A DNA stretch of 23,592 bases from an uncultured virus (IMG/VR IMGVR_UViG_3300031857_023291) (IMGVR_UViG_3300031857_023291), one strand, 5' to 3'. Shown: positions 9,027-16,836, counted from the first letter of the stretch. Numbers and translations are program-made. The notes: generated by a model from the letters alone, not told the origin.

Positions 9027-9461
9027 TTATTTGTCTCCCAATAGGTTAGACAATCTACCAGATCGAAACTCAGATAGACTTATTCCCTTAGCTATTTCTA
9101 AAAGTGTATCTTCTACATCTGAAATCGACGGTGACATATCTTTACAGAAGTTTGTTAAGATTGAATTTCTTAACTTTAGTGTCTCACCATCACTTCTGAA
9201 TGAACTGACTAACATCATGGTATCTGGTAGCTTATTGTTTCTAATCCAAAGAGAAGCTTCATCGTCAATTACCCAGTTATCATTTTTGAGAAGATATTTA
9301 ATCTCTATCTCATACTTAGTCCCATCTTCACCTTCTGAGAACATCTTTCTTTTGAATGATCTGTTTGGGTGATTCGGATCTTCTTCCTTCCAAATCATTA
9401 TATTTTTATCGGTATATAAAGTAAGACTTTTAACTATTTCTATTATTCTATCTTTCAACAT
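9027..9461 (-). CDS. Hypothetical protein with C-terminal tag
   Basis: 144-aa ORF ending EFRSGRLSNLLGDK. Confidence 0.8.
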   Translation of the reverse strand: MLKDRIIEIVKSLTLYTDKNIMIWKEEDPNHPNRSFKRKMFSEGEDGTKYEIEIKYLLKNDNWVIDDEASLWIRNNKLPDTMMLVSSFRSDGETLKLRNSILTNFCKDMSPSISDVEDTLLEIAKGISLSEFRSGRLSNLLGDK

Positions 9462-9660
9462 AACTAAAATTTTTATTTATATAATCTATAGGAAAATTGT
9501 TATATTCATTTCCATATAGATTATGGTTAAGAGTGACCATTATTTTCAATGATTCATTATCAATGTAAAGAACCTCATATTCTTTACCTTTTTCAAAGAG
9601 GGGCATCCCAAAGATATTATTCACCGTCTCTTTGCAAATAAGTTTGTCTCCCTTTCTCAT
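9448..9660 (-). CDS. Small hypothetical protein (CK...GKxY family, SH3-like)
   Basis: 70-aa ORF: KGDKLICK...FEKGKEYEV. Confidence 0.75.
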   Translation of the reverse strand: MRKGDKLICKETVNNIFGMPLFEKGKEYEVLYIDNESLKIMVTLNHNLYGNEYNNFPIDYINKNFSYVER

Positions 9661-9662
9661 AA

Positions 9663-10145
9663 TTATTTACTTCTATCAATCACAACATAAATGGTGTCAA
9701 TAACTTTTCCACCGGTTTTACAATCACAATCAGAGTTTTTAGATTTCTTAGAATCATCACCGAAAAGATTACCAATTGGGTTTTTATCTAATACTTCTAC
9801 TTCTTTAACAAAGTAATTAGTTTCTCCTCGATTAGATAACCAGTTTTTACCAAATGTTTCGTGATATTTAATTTTTACTTTCCAACCATTTGTTGCAGCT
9901 GAGTCTAATGTCTTAATGACTTTTTCATCATTGACATCATTATCTACAGAGAAGTGAAAAGGTTCTGCGGAGTTCATACCTGTTTGAGTTGTGTTAAGTG
10001 TTCCTTCCCAGGAATTCCAAACAAGTCCTTTTTGTGAGAATTTTGTAATCATACCAATACGTTCACCATTAGAGTAGTTCTCAGTACAAGAAGTCATTGT
10101 GATTGCGGCTACTAAAGCCAAAAAGATAAATTTAATTGTTTTCAT
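9663..10145 (-). CDS. Putative lipoprotein
   Basis: Basic N-terminus, hydrophobic stretch and lipobox-like MTSC; YSNGERIG..KFSQKG..SWEG motif. Confidence 0.8.
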   Translation of the reverse strand: MKTIKFIFLALVAAITMTSCTENYSNGERIGMITKFSQKGLVWNSWEGTLNTTQTGMNSAEPFHFSVDNDVNDEKVIKTLDSAATNGWKVKIKYHETFGKNWLSNRGETNYFVKEVEVLDKNPIGNLFGDDSKKSKNSDCDCKTGGKVIDTIYVVIDRSK

Positions 10146-10173
10146 TTTTTATTTTGTTTTTAATTGTTACTTA

Positions 10174-10545
10174 TTATATTCCTAATACTTTGAGTTTATC
10201 CTCTCTTAATGAGATTTTATTTGGTTTAAAAGTTGTCTTGATATAATCAAACCACTCAGACCAATTATCAAATACTGGTTCTGAATACCATCTATCTAAA
10301 TCTTTAGATGAAACAGCATCTTCTTGTAGAGAATAAAGTGACATAATTTTTTCTCTATCTGACTCTTTGAGATTGTTCCACCAATACTTATCAATTTTTG
10401 TAATCAAAAACTTTTGATAAAATAAAGTTAATCGTTGTTGTTTTTCTCTACGAATCTGTCTTTCTGACCTCTGTGACCAAAATCCGACTTCACCGTCTCT
10501 TTGTTTTTCTTGGTATTTTGCAAATCTTTTATCTTGATATTTCAT
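10174..10545 (-). CDS. Hypothetical protein with C-terminal tag
   Basis: 123-aa ORF with ATGA overlap with the upstream gene; ends SLREDKLKVLGI. Confidence 0.8.
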   Translation of the reverse strand: MKYQDKRFAKYQEKQRDGEVGFWSQRSERQIRREKQQRLTLFYQKFLITKIDKYWWNNLKESDREKIMSLYSLQEDAVSSKDLDRWYSEPVFDNWSEWFDYIKTTFKPNKISLREDKLKVLGI

Positions 10546-11033
10546 ACTATTATATTATCAATTTTCATATTTCTTAAAACAACTTTGATGTTGTTTTTAT
10601 TTCCATCTAAGATTTCATCAACAAATTTATTTGTTCTATGGTGTAATCCCGGTTTATCTGGATCATCTGATATCATGCTCATTGAACCAATGTATTCCTC
10701 AAACTTCTCAGACATTAATACTATACTCAAATTTTGAGTTGAGTAAAGATACATCAAAATATTTTTTAATTTAAGATTTATATCTTTTGTGTTTGGTCCA
10801 TTATTGTACTTTCTCCACATTTTCCAATATTTATTGAAAAAGTCGGTCATATCATCTGGTGTGTATAACTTACTTTCAACCGTTGGTTCAAATCCAATCC
10901 AGTGATTATATTTCTCAAGAATATAGTCTGGACTTTGTTTTAAAAGGTCACAACTATCCACATACTTACTGAAATTAACATTGAATTTAGTAAGATTAAC
11001 AATTTTATTATATTCTTTATCTAAAGATATCAT
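10542..11033 (-). CDS. Hypothetical protein with C-terminal tag
   Basis: 163-aa ORF ending VLRNMKIDNIIV. Confidence 0.8.
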   Translation of the reverse strand: MISLDKEYNKIVNLTKFNVNFSKYVDSCDLLKQSPDYILEKYNHWIGFEPTVESKLYTPDDMTDFFNKYWKMWRKYNNGPNTKDINLKLKNILMYLYSTQNLSIVLMSEKFEEYIGSMSMISDDPDKPGLHHRTNKFVDEILDGNKNNIKVVLRNMKIDNIIV

Positions 11034-11037
11034 TTTA

Positions 11038-11045
11038 CAAATATA
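11038..11045 (-). promoter_or_regulatory. Bacteroidetes-type -7 element TATATTTG (probably leaderless transcript)
   Basis: TATATTTG-TAAA-ATG; start codon at 11033. Confidence 0.65.
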
Positions 11046-11093
11046 AACAAAAAAACTGGTTCTTTATATATAACTTAAAATATATTTTTTAAA

Positions 11094-12038
11094 ATGAAGA
11101 TTAAACATAAAGTAGTCAAAGAATTCCAGTATCTAAGTCCAGATAAAAAAATCTTTATACTTAAAGTTGGAACTTTACTTCAAGAGTATAACTACACAGT
11201 AAAATCCGAAATTATTCCAATTGATAAAGATATCATCGATAATAATCCGGAATTTTTTGAAGTCGTAGACTGGAAGAGTGAATTATTAACACATATGCGG
11301 GCTAATAAGTTTCCAACACCTACTCAGTTTCATAAAAAATTAGTTCCTTTTATTGAAGAAATGGTCCTTTCATCTATTCAACAAAACTCAGGACCAGTTT
11401 CAACTATCGATGAATCTAAAGTAAGAGAAGTTGAATGGAAAGAAATTGACCTTAATAATAGAGAAAAGAGAATCAAAGATAAAGAAGAAGAAATTGATAT
11501 TCGTTTAAAAAGAGTTGAGAAAAGAGAAGAGGATCATAAATCAGAGCTGAAATCTTTAGATAAAAAGGAGGATGAGTTAAGGTCAAGATCAAGAGAGCTT
11601 ACTGAGAAGCAATTAGGTTTAGAAGATAAACTACAAGACTTAAATGAAAAAGAAAGAAACTTTGATAGGAGTGTTTTAGAATCTGCTAAGGATTTAGATG
11701 TTAAGTATGCCGACTTACAAAATAAAATTGATGACGACTTAAAGAAAGTTACTGATAAAGAAAAAGAATTAGAAAATTTATCTAAGGAATTAAGAAGAAA
11801 AGAGGAAGACCTTCTTCAAAAAGAATCAGATTTGATAGAGTTAGAAAAATTAATTCAAATCAAAATAGAGGAAATTAATTTAGAGGAAGATTCATTAATG
11901 AAGCTAAGTCAAGAAATAAAAGATTGGGAATCACTACATTGGAAGTTTCAAAGAAACACAAAACCACCTTCGGCTATTCCTGATTCTATTTCACAAAGTT
12001 TATTAAGTAAATACCCAGGGCTTATAAATATTAAATAA
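11094..12038 (+). CDS. Coiled-coil protein
   Basis: 314-aa ORF whose C-terminal half is a long E/K/R/L heptad coiled coil; preceded by TTTATATATA. Confidence 0.85.
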   Translation: MKIKHKVVKEFQYLSPDKKIFILKVGTLLQEYNYTVKSEIIPIDKDIIDNNPEFFEVVDWKSELLTHMRANKFPTPTQFHKKLVPFIEEMVLSSIQQNSGPVSTIDESKVREVEWKEIDLNNREKRIKDKEEEIDIRLKRVEKREEDHKSELKSLDKKEDELRSRSRELTEKQLGLEDKLQDLNEKERNFDRSVLESAKDLDVKYADLQNKIDDDLKKVTDKEKELENLSKELRRKEEDLLQKESDLIELEKLIQIKIEEINLEEDSLMKLSQEIKDWESLHWKFQRNTKPPSAIPDSISQSLLSKYPGLINIK

Positions 12039-12062
12039 AGAGGACTTAAAGTCCTCTTTTTT
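12037..12062. terminator. Intrinsic terminator between convergent genes, likely bidirectional
   Basis: AAAGAGGACT-TAA-AGTCCTCTTT perfect inverted repeat (12037-12059), extending into a T-run on the + strand. Confidence 0.8.
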
Positions 12063-12408
12063 ATGATTTTAATTTTTTGATTTGGTCACGCAATTGAGCT
12101 GCTTTTTCAAACTCTTCTTTTTCAATTGCTTCTTTTAAAGCCGATTCAAGCATTTTAACATCAACTTTTGGTTTTTGATTTTTACTTTCAGAATAAGTTC
12201 TGGTGAATTTATATCTACCATCTGTACTAACCCAAGTTTCTTTTTTAATAATGTGGGTATCAGATTCTGTTTCTTCAATAGTTTTGTTGTAGCGACTATC
12301 ATTATCTTTTGGAAAGTATTCATCGTCGCTTTTAGAAAAGTCACTAAACATATTTTTAGATGTTAGTGAAAATAGATCTGATAGGTCAAATAAATAAATT
12401 TTTCTCAT
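12061..12408 (-). CDS. UvrB/UvrC (UVR) motif-containing protein
   Basis: C-terminal LESALKEAIEKEEFEKAAQLRDQIKKL matches the UVR coiled-coil motif of UvrB/UvrC/ClpC/McsA. Confidence 0.85.
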   Translation of the reverse strand: MRKIYLFDLSDLFSLTSKNMFSDFSKSDDEYFPKDNDSRYNKTIEETESDTHIIKKETWVSTDGRYKFTRTYSESKNQKPKVDVKMLESALKEAIEKEEFEKAAQLRDQIKKLKS

Positions 12409-12428
12409 AGTTTTAGTTTTTTTTCTTA

Positions 12429-12475
12429 CATATTGTCAAATTATAGACCAAAATATAATTTATGTCATATTGTCA
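12429..12475. repeat. Direct repeats CATATTGTCA x2 (TGTCA x3) upstream of UVR gene
   Basis: CATATTGTCA at 12429-12438 and 12466-12475; a third TGTCA at 12463-12467. Confidence 0.55.
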
Positions 12476-12509
12476 TATTTACTTACAATTAAAATAAATA
12501 GATAAAAAG

Positions 12510-12527
12510 TTAATATATAGATTATGA
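12510..12527 (+). promoter_or_regulatory. Putative phage (late-type) promoter/start motif TTAATATATAGATTATGA
   Basis: Identical 18-mer at 20878-20895; both copies end in the start codon. Confidence 0.6.
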
Positions 12528-13270
12528 CCGAATTAAAAAGACTTTATAACTATTTAAAAAAGAATCCTAAAAAGAAGATTCTTTTCTTAACCACATCGAA
12601 TAGATGGTCTGGTGATAAAGAGCTTCCAAAGTCTTCTATCATTGCTGAAGAAATTATGAAAAAATTGGGAGATGATAGATGTCAAATTATGAATGTCGCA
12701 AAACTTAAAATATTTGCTTGTGAAGGTAATGTTTCAACTAAAAGAGGAAATACTTGTGGATTAAAAGATGCTATACTTAAAGATAAAGAAAAAAATCCAA
12801 CAGGACATATAAGATGTTGGGCATCGCTTAATAACAAGTCTGATGAAATGTATAAAGTAGCAAATGCTATTTTTGAATCAGACATAGTAATTTTCTTTGG
12901 ATCAATCAGATGGGGTAAGATGAATGCTATTTACACATCACTTATTGAGAGATTAACTTGGCTTGAAAACAGACACACAACACTTGGTGAGAGCAACTTA
13001 CTTAAGAATAAAGAAGCTGGAGTAATTGCAGTTGGGCACAACTGGAATGGTTCAGAAGCCGTCAAGTTAGAAAAAGAAGTATTAAGTTTCTTTGGATTTA
13101 AAACACCACAACAACTATCATTTAATTGGCAATTCCTTAAAAACGCAAATGACGAATCTAAAGAGGGTTACGTTGAAGAATTCGGGAAGTTTTTAACAGA
13201 TTTTAATTTCGTAGAAAACTTACAAGAAGCAATACTCAGATTCAAAGATTGGTATAAAAGCCAAAATTAA
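12524..13270 (+). CDS. Flavodoxin-like NAD(P)H-dependent FMN reductase / iron-sulfur-flavoprotein-like protein
   Basis: KILFLTTSNR...S; Cys cluster (ACEG..TCG..RCW); SDEM....AI.ESDIVIFFGSIRWG; LKNKEAGVIAVG. Confidence 0.75.
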   Translation: MTELKRLYNYLKKNPKKKILFLTTSNRWSGDKELPKSSIIAEEIMKKLGDDRCQIMNVAKLKIFACEGNVSTKRGNTCGLKDAILKDKEKNPTGHIRCWASLNNKSDEMYKVANAIFESDIVIFFGSIRWGKMNAIYTSLIERLTWLENRHTTLGESNLLKNKEAGVIAVGHNWNGSEAVKLEKEVLSFFGFKTPQQLSFNWQFLKNANDESKEGYVEEFGKFLTDFNFVENLQEAILRFKDWYKSQN

Positions 13271-13293
13271 TATATTAAGAATATCATGATGTT

Positions 13294-13644
13294 TCATGAT
13301 TGTTGATTCTGACTGGTTTTTTTTAATTTCTCTTTAAACAACAATAATGAAAAAATTTTGTTTTCCTTAATTAAATCACTTGTTCTTTCTTTACACCATT
13401 CTAAATCCTTCACTCTTTTTTTTGCGTAAATTACATAATAAGTAGTGTATTTTTTTTTGAAATTTATAACATCCCAGTTTTTTATTAAATAAGATAAAGA
13501 AACATTAATGTAACTATCACGCGCTGAAAACTTGTTTATATTTTCATATAAATAATTTATTGTTGATTCTATACTATTTGAAGAGTCTGAAAACTTTTCT
13601 AAAATTTTTTTATCAATAAATGATTCTATTTTTTCAGGTGCCAT
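13294..13644 (-). CDS. Hypothetical protein (paralog of 13644..14015)
   Basis: 116-aa ORF sharing the Y..I.AK....DL.W.K and FK.KLK motifs with its neighbour. Confidence 0.7.
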   Translation of the reverse strand: MAPEKIESFIDKKILEKFSDSSNSIESTINYLYENINKFSARDSYINVSLSYLIKNWDVINFKKKYTTYYVIYAKKRVKDLEWCKERTSDLIKENKIFSLLLFKEKLKKTSQNQQS

Positions 13645-14015
13645 TACGATGATTTAGATTTAGTTTTTAATTTTTTTTTAAATTCAATTAAATTATGTAG
13701 CTCAATTAGCGTTTTGTTTTGGAATTTATGACTATTGTCTTTCATCCAAAATAAATCTTCAATTTTTTCTTTAGCAACAATGATGAAATACAGAGCGTAA
13801 AGTCCTCTATGTGTAATATCAAGTTCTTCTAAACAAATATATTTAAAAGGAATATTTGCTAAATAAGTCAAGTCTGTCTTTTCTTTGCTAAGTAATTTTG
13901 AAATATTTAATTTTCTAACTTGTAAATCGACCATAATCTTTTCAAGTGAGTCGCCATTAGTAAGTCCTATTTTTACTATATTATTTATATTATTAGAGAC
14001 CAAGTCGATATTCAT
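13644..14015 (-). CDS. Hypothetical protein (paralog of 13294..13644)
   Basis: 123-aa ORF, TAATG-coupled to the downstream gene. Confidence 0.7.
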   Translation of the reverse strand: MNIDLVSNNINNIVKIGLTNGDSLEKIMVDLQVRKLNISKLLSKEKTDLTYLANIPFKYICLEELDITHRGLYALYFIIVAKEKIEDLFWMKDNSHKFQNKTLIELHNLIEFKKKLKTKSKSS

Positions 14016-14019
14016 TTTA

Positions 14020-14027
14020 CAAAGATA
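14020..14027 (-). promoter_or_regulatory. Bacteroidetes-type -7 element TATCTTTG (probably leaderless transcript)
   Basis: TATCTTTG-TAAA-ATG; start codon at 14015. Confidence 0.6.
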
Positions 14028-14056
14028 GTAAAAAGTTTATGATATAGTTTGTTTTA

Positions 14057-14626
14057 TTATGAATTTTTTTTGAATAAATCATAATGATTTATTAATAGAT
14101 AAATTATAGCAAAAATAGAACCGAATATATGAGCCCAATGACCAATATTGTCATTGGTTCCTACAATAACATAATAAAACTCAAGTATTATTAGTGAGAT
14201 AGAAATTATATTTATAAGTTTTAATGATACTAATTTTTTGTATCTTTCACTTCTTAATGAAATAAAAATTGAAGCTGACATTACAGCGAAAACAGCACCA
14301 GATGAACCTATGATGGCACCATCAACACCTAAGCAGTATAATCCAGAACTAAATATACCTGAAAATAAATAAAATGATAGAAATTTTTTTCCTAAAAATT
14401 TCTCTACTTCAGTACCAAAAACTAAAAGGAAAAACATATTAAAAAAAAGATGATCTATGTTTTCGTGAATAAAAAGATGAGATATTAATTGGTATGGTGA
14501 AAAGTAATTAGAGGTAACTGGATAAAGAGCCAATATATTATCAAAGTATAAACCATAGATAGATAAAAAATTTAAAATGCCAAATGCAACAATGTTTATA
14601 ATCAATATTTTACTAACATAACTCAT
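14057..14626 (-). CDS. Rhomboid family intramembrane serine protease
   Basis: Multiple hydrophobic helices; HENIDHLFFNM; G..VE...G; catalytic GSSG; HWAHIFG. ATG at 14626 (track gives GTG 14635). Confidence 0.92.
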   Translation of the reverse strand: MSYVSKILIINIVAFGILNFLSIYGLYFDNILALYPVTSNYFSPYQLISHLFIHENIDHLFFNMFFLLVFGTEVEKFLGKKFLSFYLFSGIFSSGLYCLGVDGAIIGSSGAVFAVMSASIFISLRSERYKKLVSLKLINIISISLIILEFYYVIVGTNDNIGHWAHIFGSIFAIIYLLINHYDLFKKNS

Positions 14627-14786
14627 CTTTGTCACGATTATCCATTACTATTCTTTTACAACCAAGACATACAATGACAGGACCATTTTGTGTCATAATA
14701 ATTCTTCTCTCACACTTCATTTGACAATCTTTTTCACCAACTGGTGCAAAATCATCCTCTATTTTGCGAAGCTTTTTATTTTTCAT
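14613..14786 (-). CDS. 57-aa small Cys-rich (zinc-ribbon-like) protein
   Basis: Translated by hand: MKNKKLRKIEDDFAPVGEKDCQMKCERRIIMTQNGPVIVCLGCKRIVMDNRDKDELC. ATGA overlap with the upstream stop; fills the gap; not in the ORF track. Confidence 0.7.
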   Translation of the reverse strand: MKNKKLRKIEDDFAPVGEKDCQMKCERRIIMTQNGPVIVCLGCKRIVMDNRDKDELC

Positions 14787-15112
14787 ATAATACCTTTTAT
14801 AATAAGTTCTCTTCTTAATGATTTCAATAAACTCAATTCATCTTCAAATTGATTAAAATCATTTGTTAATTTTTTTATTTGTTCATTCAATAGTGACAAA
14901 GATAAGGATTTTTTATTATATTTTATCCAATCCTCTTTGATATAAATAGGCATTTGAGATATATCGAATATTTTTTGTTCCTCTTCTACCAAAAAAGAAT
15001 ATTCACCATCTTTTTCTATCAAAATCGTCAAATAATTATCTAAACTGTAATAATTGATTTTAGATGTGGTAGTGATGTGATTCCACGGACTTACATTAAT
15101 TTCTCTTTTCAT
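14783..15112 (-). CDS. Hypothetical protein with degenerate C-terminal tag
   Basis: 109-aa ORF ending LKSLRRELIIKGII. Confidence 0.75.
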   Translation of the reverse strand: MKREINVSPWNHITTTSKINYYSLDNYLTILIEKDGEYSFLVEEEQKIFDISQMPIYIKEDWIKYNKKSLSLSLLNEQIKKLTNDFNQFEDELSLLKSLRRELIIKGII

Positions 15113-15722
15113 TTGAGTAATTATCTAAAAATAATCTTTCTTCAATAGTTAAAGAAGATATTCCGTATTCGGAAATTTTATCTAAGATTTCATCAATATC
15201 AAATCTAACAGAATTTTCCGAAACAATATTATCAATTTCTGATAAGTTTAAGTTTTCTTTGACCCTTTGTAAATCATCGTATTTCATGTTGAAATTCTTT
15301 TCAAATTCTGATTTTGACAATACTAAACCTAGTACATTTACAACATCATTTATTTCTTTGATGAAAGCAGATTCAATAAATTCTGAAATTTTGAATAAAG
15401 TTTCTTTTTCAACTAACTCAGATGTGTGTATACATACACCATTCTGAAATATCGCAACTTCTTTTTTATCTAAAAAATAAGCCACCTCTACAATACCTTT
15501 ATCATCGATTTCAGATAAAAGATGGCAGATTTGATTCACTCTACTTTTGAACTTAACTTTACCATTCAGAAAAGAATTTAATAGTTTTTTATAAACATTA
15601 TTAATATCATTAAGGACTTTTTCCTGAGCTGACTTTTGACTTTTCTCAAACAAGAAATTTGAAACCTTCAAACCAATATAAAGACCAAGTATAAAAAAAA
15701 ATGAGGATGCTAGTATTATCAT
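15096..15722 (-). CDS. Membrane-anchored hypothetical protein with C-terminal DUF6576-like module
   Basis: N-terminal TM helix (IILASSFFFILGLYIGL); ends DIDEILDKISEYGISSLTIEERLFLDNYSNEKRN. Confidence 0.8.
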   Translation of the reverse strand: MIILASSFFFILGLYIGLKVSNFLFEKSQKSAQEKVLNDINNVYKKLLNSFLNGKVKFKSRVNQICHLLSEIDDKGIVEVAYFLDKKEVAIFQNGVCIHTSELVEKETLFKISEFIESAFIKEINDVVNVLGLVLSKSEFEKNFNMKYDDLQRVKENLNLSEIDNIVSENSVRFDIDEILDKISEYGISSLTIEERLFLDNYSNEKRN

Positions 15723-15726
15723 AAAA

Positions 15727-16836
15727 TTATATATTATAAAAATTCTTTCTTATTTTTAGTAAAAGAGTAGTAATAAAGTTGTCTTCAATTTTATCCGGAA
15801 TTGAAGAATTTTCAAAAATTTTATCAACTTCTTTAATTTCCTCTTCAACTTGGTCAATTAGAGTCTGTAAATCAACCTCACCTTTACGGATAGCAATAAG
15901 TTCTGAAGCATTTGGACGTCTTACAATAATACCTTTACCCTGACCTATTTCTTTAGCCATTTCCATTAAACGTTTGCAGTGCATCATATTTTTTCCGTCA
16001 ATTTTTTGACCGTGTGAAGTGACATCTATCCAACGAGCTTCATTTCTATTTTTTAGCCATTCTTGATAAGAAAGATAGTCTTTACAATGTTGTGAATATC
16101 CATCTTTGTTATAAGAAACATAACCCATAAATGAGCCCTCAAATTCTTTATCTATTGAACTTAATCTAACTTCATTAGAATCCTCAAAGGCTATTCCTTT
16201 AAATTTAGCACTACTTCCAATGCTTCTATCATAGTAAAGAGCGTATAAATCTTTACAATGTGGAATCTTTGATAGACCACAGAGTTCCTGTCTCATTCCT
16301 CTAAAATTTAACCATTCAACTAACGGAATTGATTTGTTCTTATCATAGATATAACAAAAATCTAAAGGTGTTTTACGAGTTACTTTATCTTTTTCCCAGT
16401 TTTGTTTTTTATCTTGACCTTTTGCTTTTTGAATCTGAGCATGTGCGTAACCAGCAAATGAGTTTTTACATTTTTTTGTTAAAAATTTACTTTTGTTATC
16501 CAGTATCAAATCAAAAATTGGATTTTTATAAACAACACAATCTTCTGGCATATTAAGTAGTTCCAATAAATTTGGATTAGCAGATGATATCAGACTAAGA
16601 AATCTACCTATTTCATATCCAACTACATCATTCGTATCGTCATTTACCTGTTCAACTATATTACCAGATAAAATATAACTTATTGGTAGTATATAAACAT
16701 ATCTCCTATCCTCATCAGAAGTTGGTAGATTTGTTCCATAGGCAATTGATCCAGATATGACCTCATAGAGTATCAGATTCCTTTCCTTTAACCATTTATA
16801 GTCTATTTTTTGATTTTCCATAAATAAAAACACCAT
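15727..16836 (-). CDS. Predicted nucleotidyltransferase (Pol-beta superfamily, Nuc-transf/RlaP-like)
   Basis: SGSIAYG...SDED.R motif, NPN.LELL, K.MMH..RL...and L..IRKG. Start could be 16821 (MENQK). Confidence 0.88.
   Translation of the reverse strand: MVFLFMENQKIDYKWLKERNLILYEVISGSIAYGTNLPTSDEDRRYVYILPISYILSGNIVEQVNDDTNDVVGYEIGRFLSLISSANPNLLELLNMPEDCVVYKNPIFDLILDNKSKFLTKKCKNSFAGYAHAQIQKAKGQDKKQNWEKDKVTRKTPLDFCYIYDKNKSIPLVEWLNFRGMRQELCGLSKIPHCKDLYALYYDRSIGSSAKFKGIAFEDSNEVRLSSIDKEFEGSFMGYVSYNKDGYSQHCKDYLSYQEWLKNRNEARWIDVTSHGQKIDGKNMMHCKRLMEMAKEIGQGKGIIVRRPNASELIAIRKGEVDLQTLIDQVEEEIKEVDKIFENSSIPDKIEDNFITTLLLKIRKNFYNI

Noticed and set aside
187..10574. C-terminal tag as a DNA repeat or recombination cassette site (integron-like array)
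   Set aside because: Underlying nucleotides differ at synonymous positions, and no conserved intergenic repeat, attC-like palindrome or recombinase is visible.
11400..11930. Repetitive GAA/AAA-rich DNA
   Set aside because: Explained by the E/K-rich coiled-coil coding sequence; no true tandem repeat or CRISPR-like repeat-spacer pattern.
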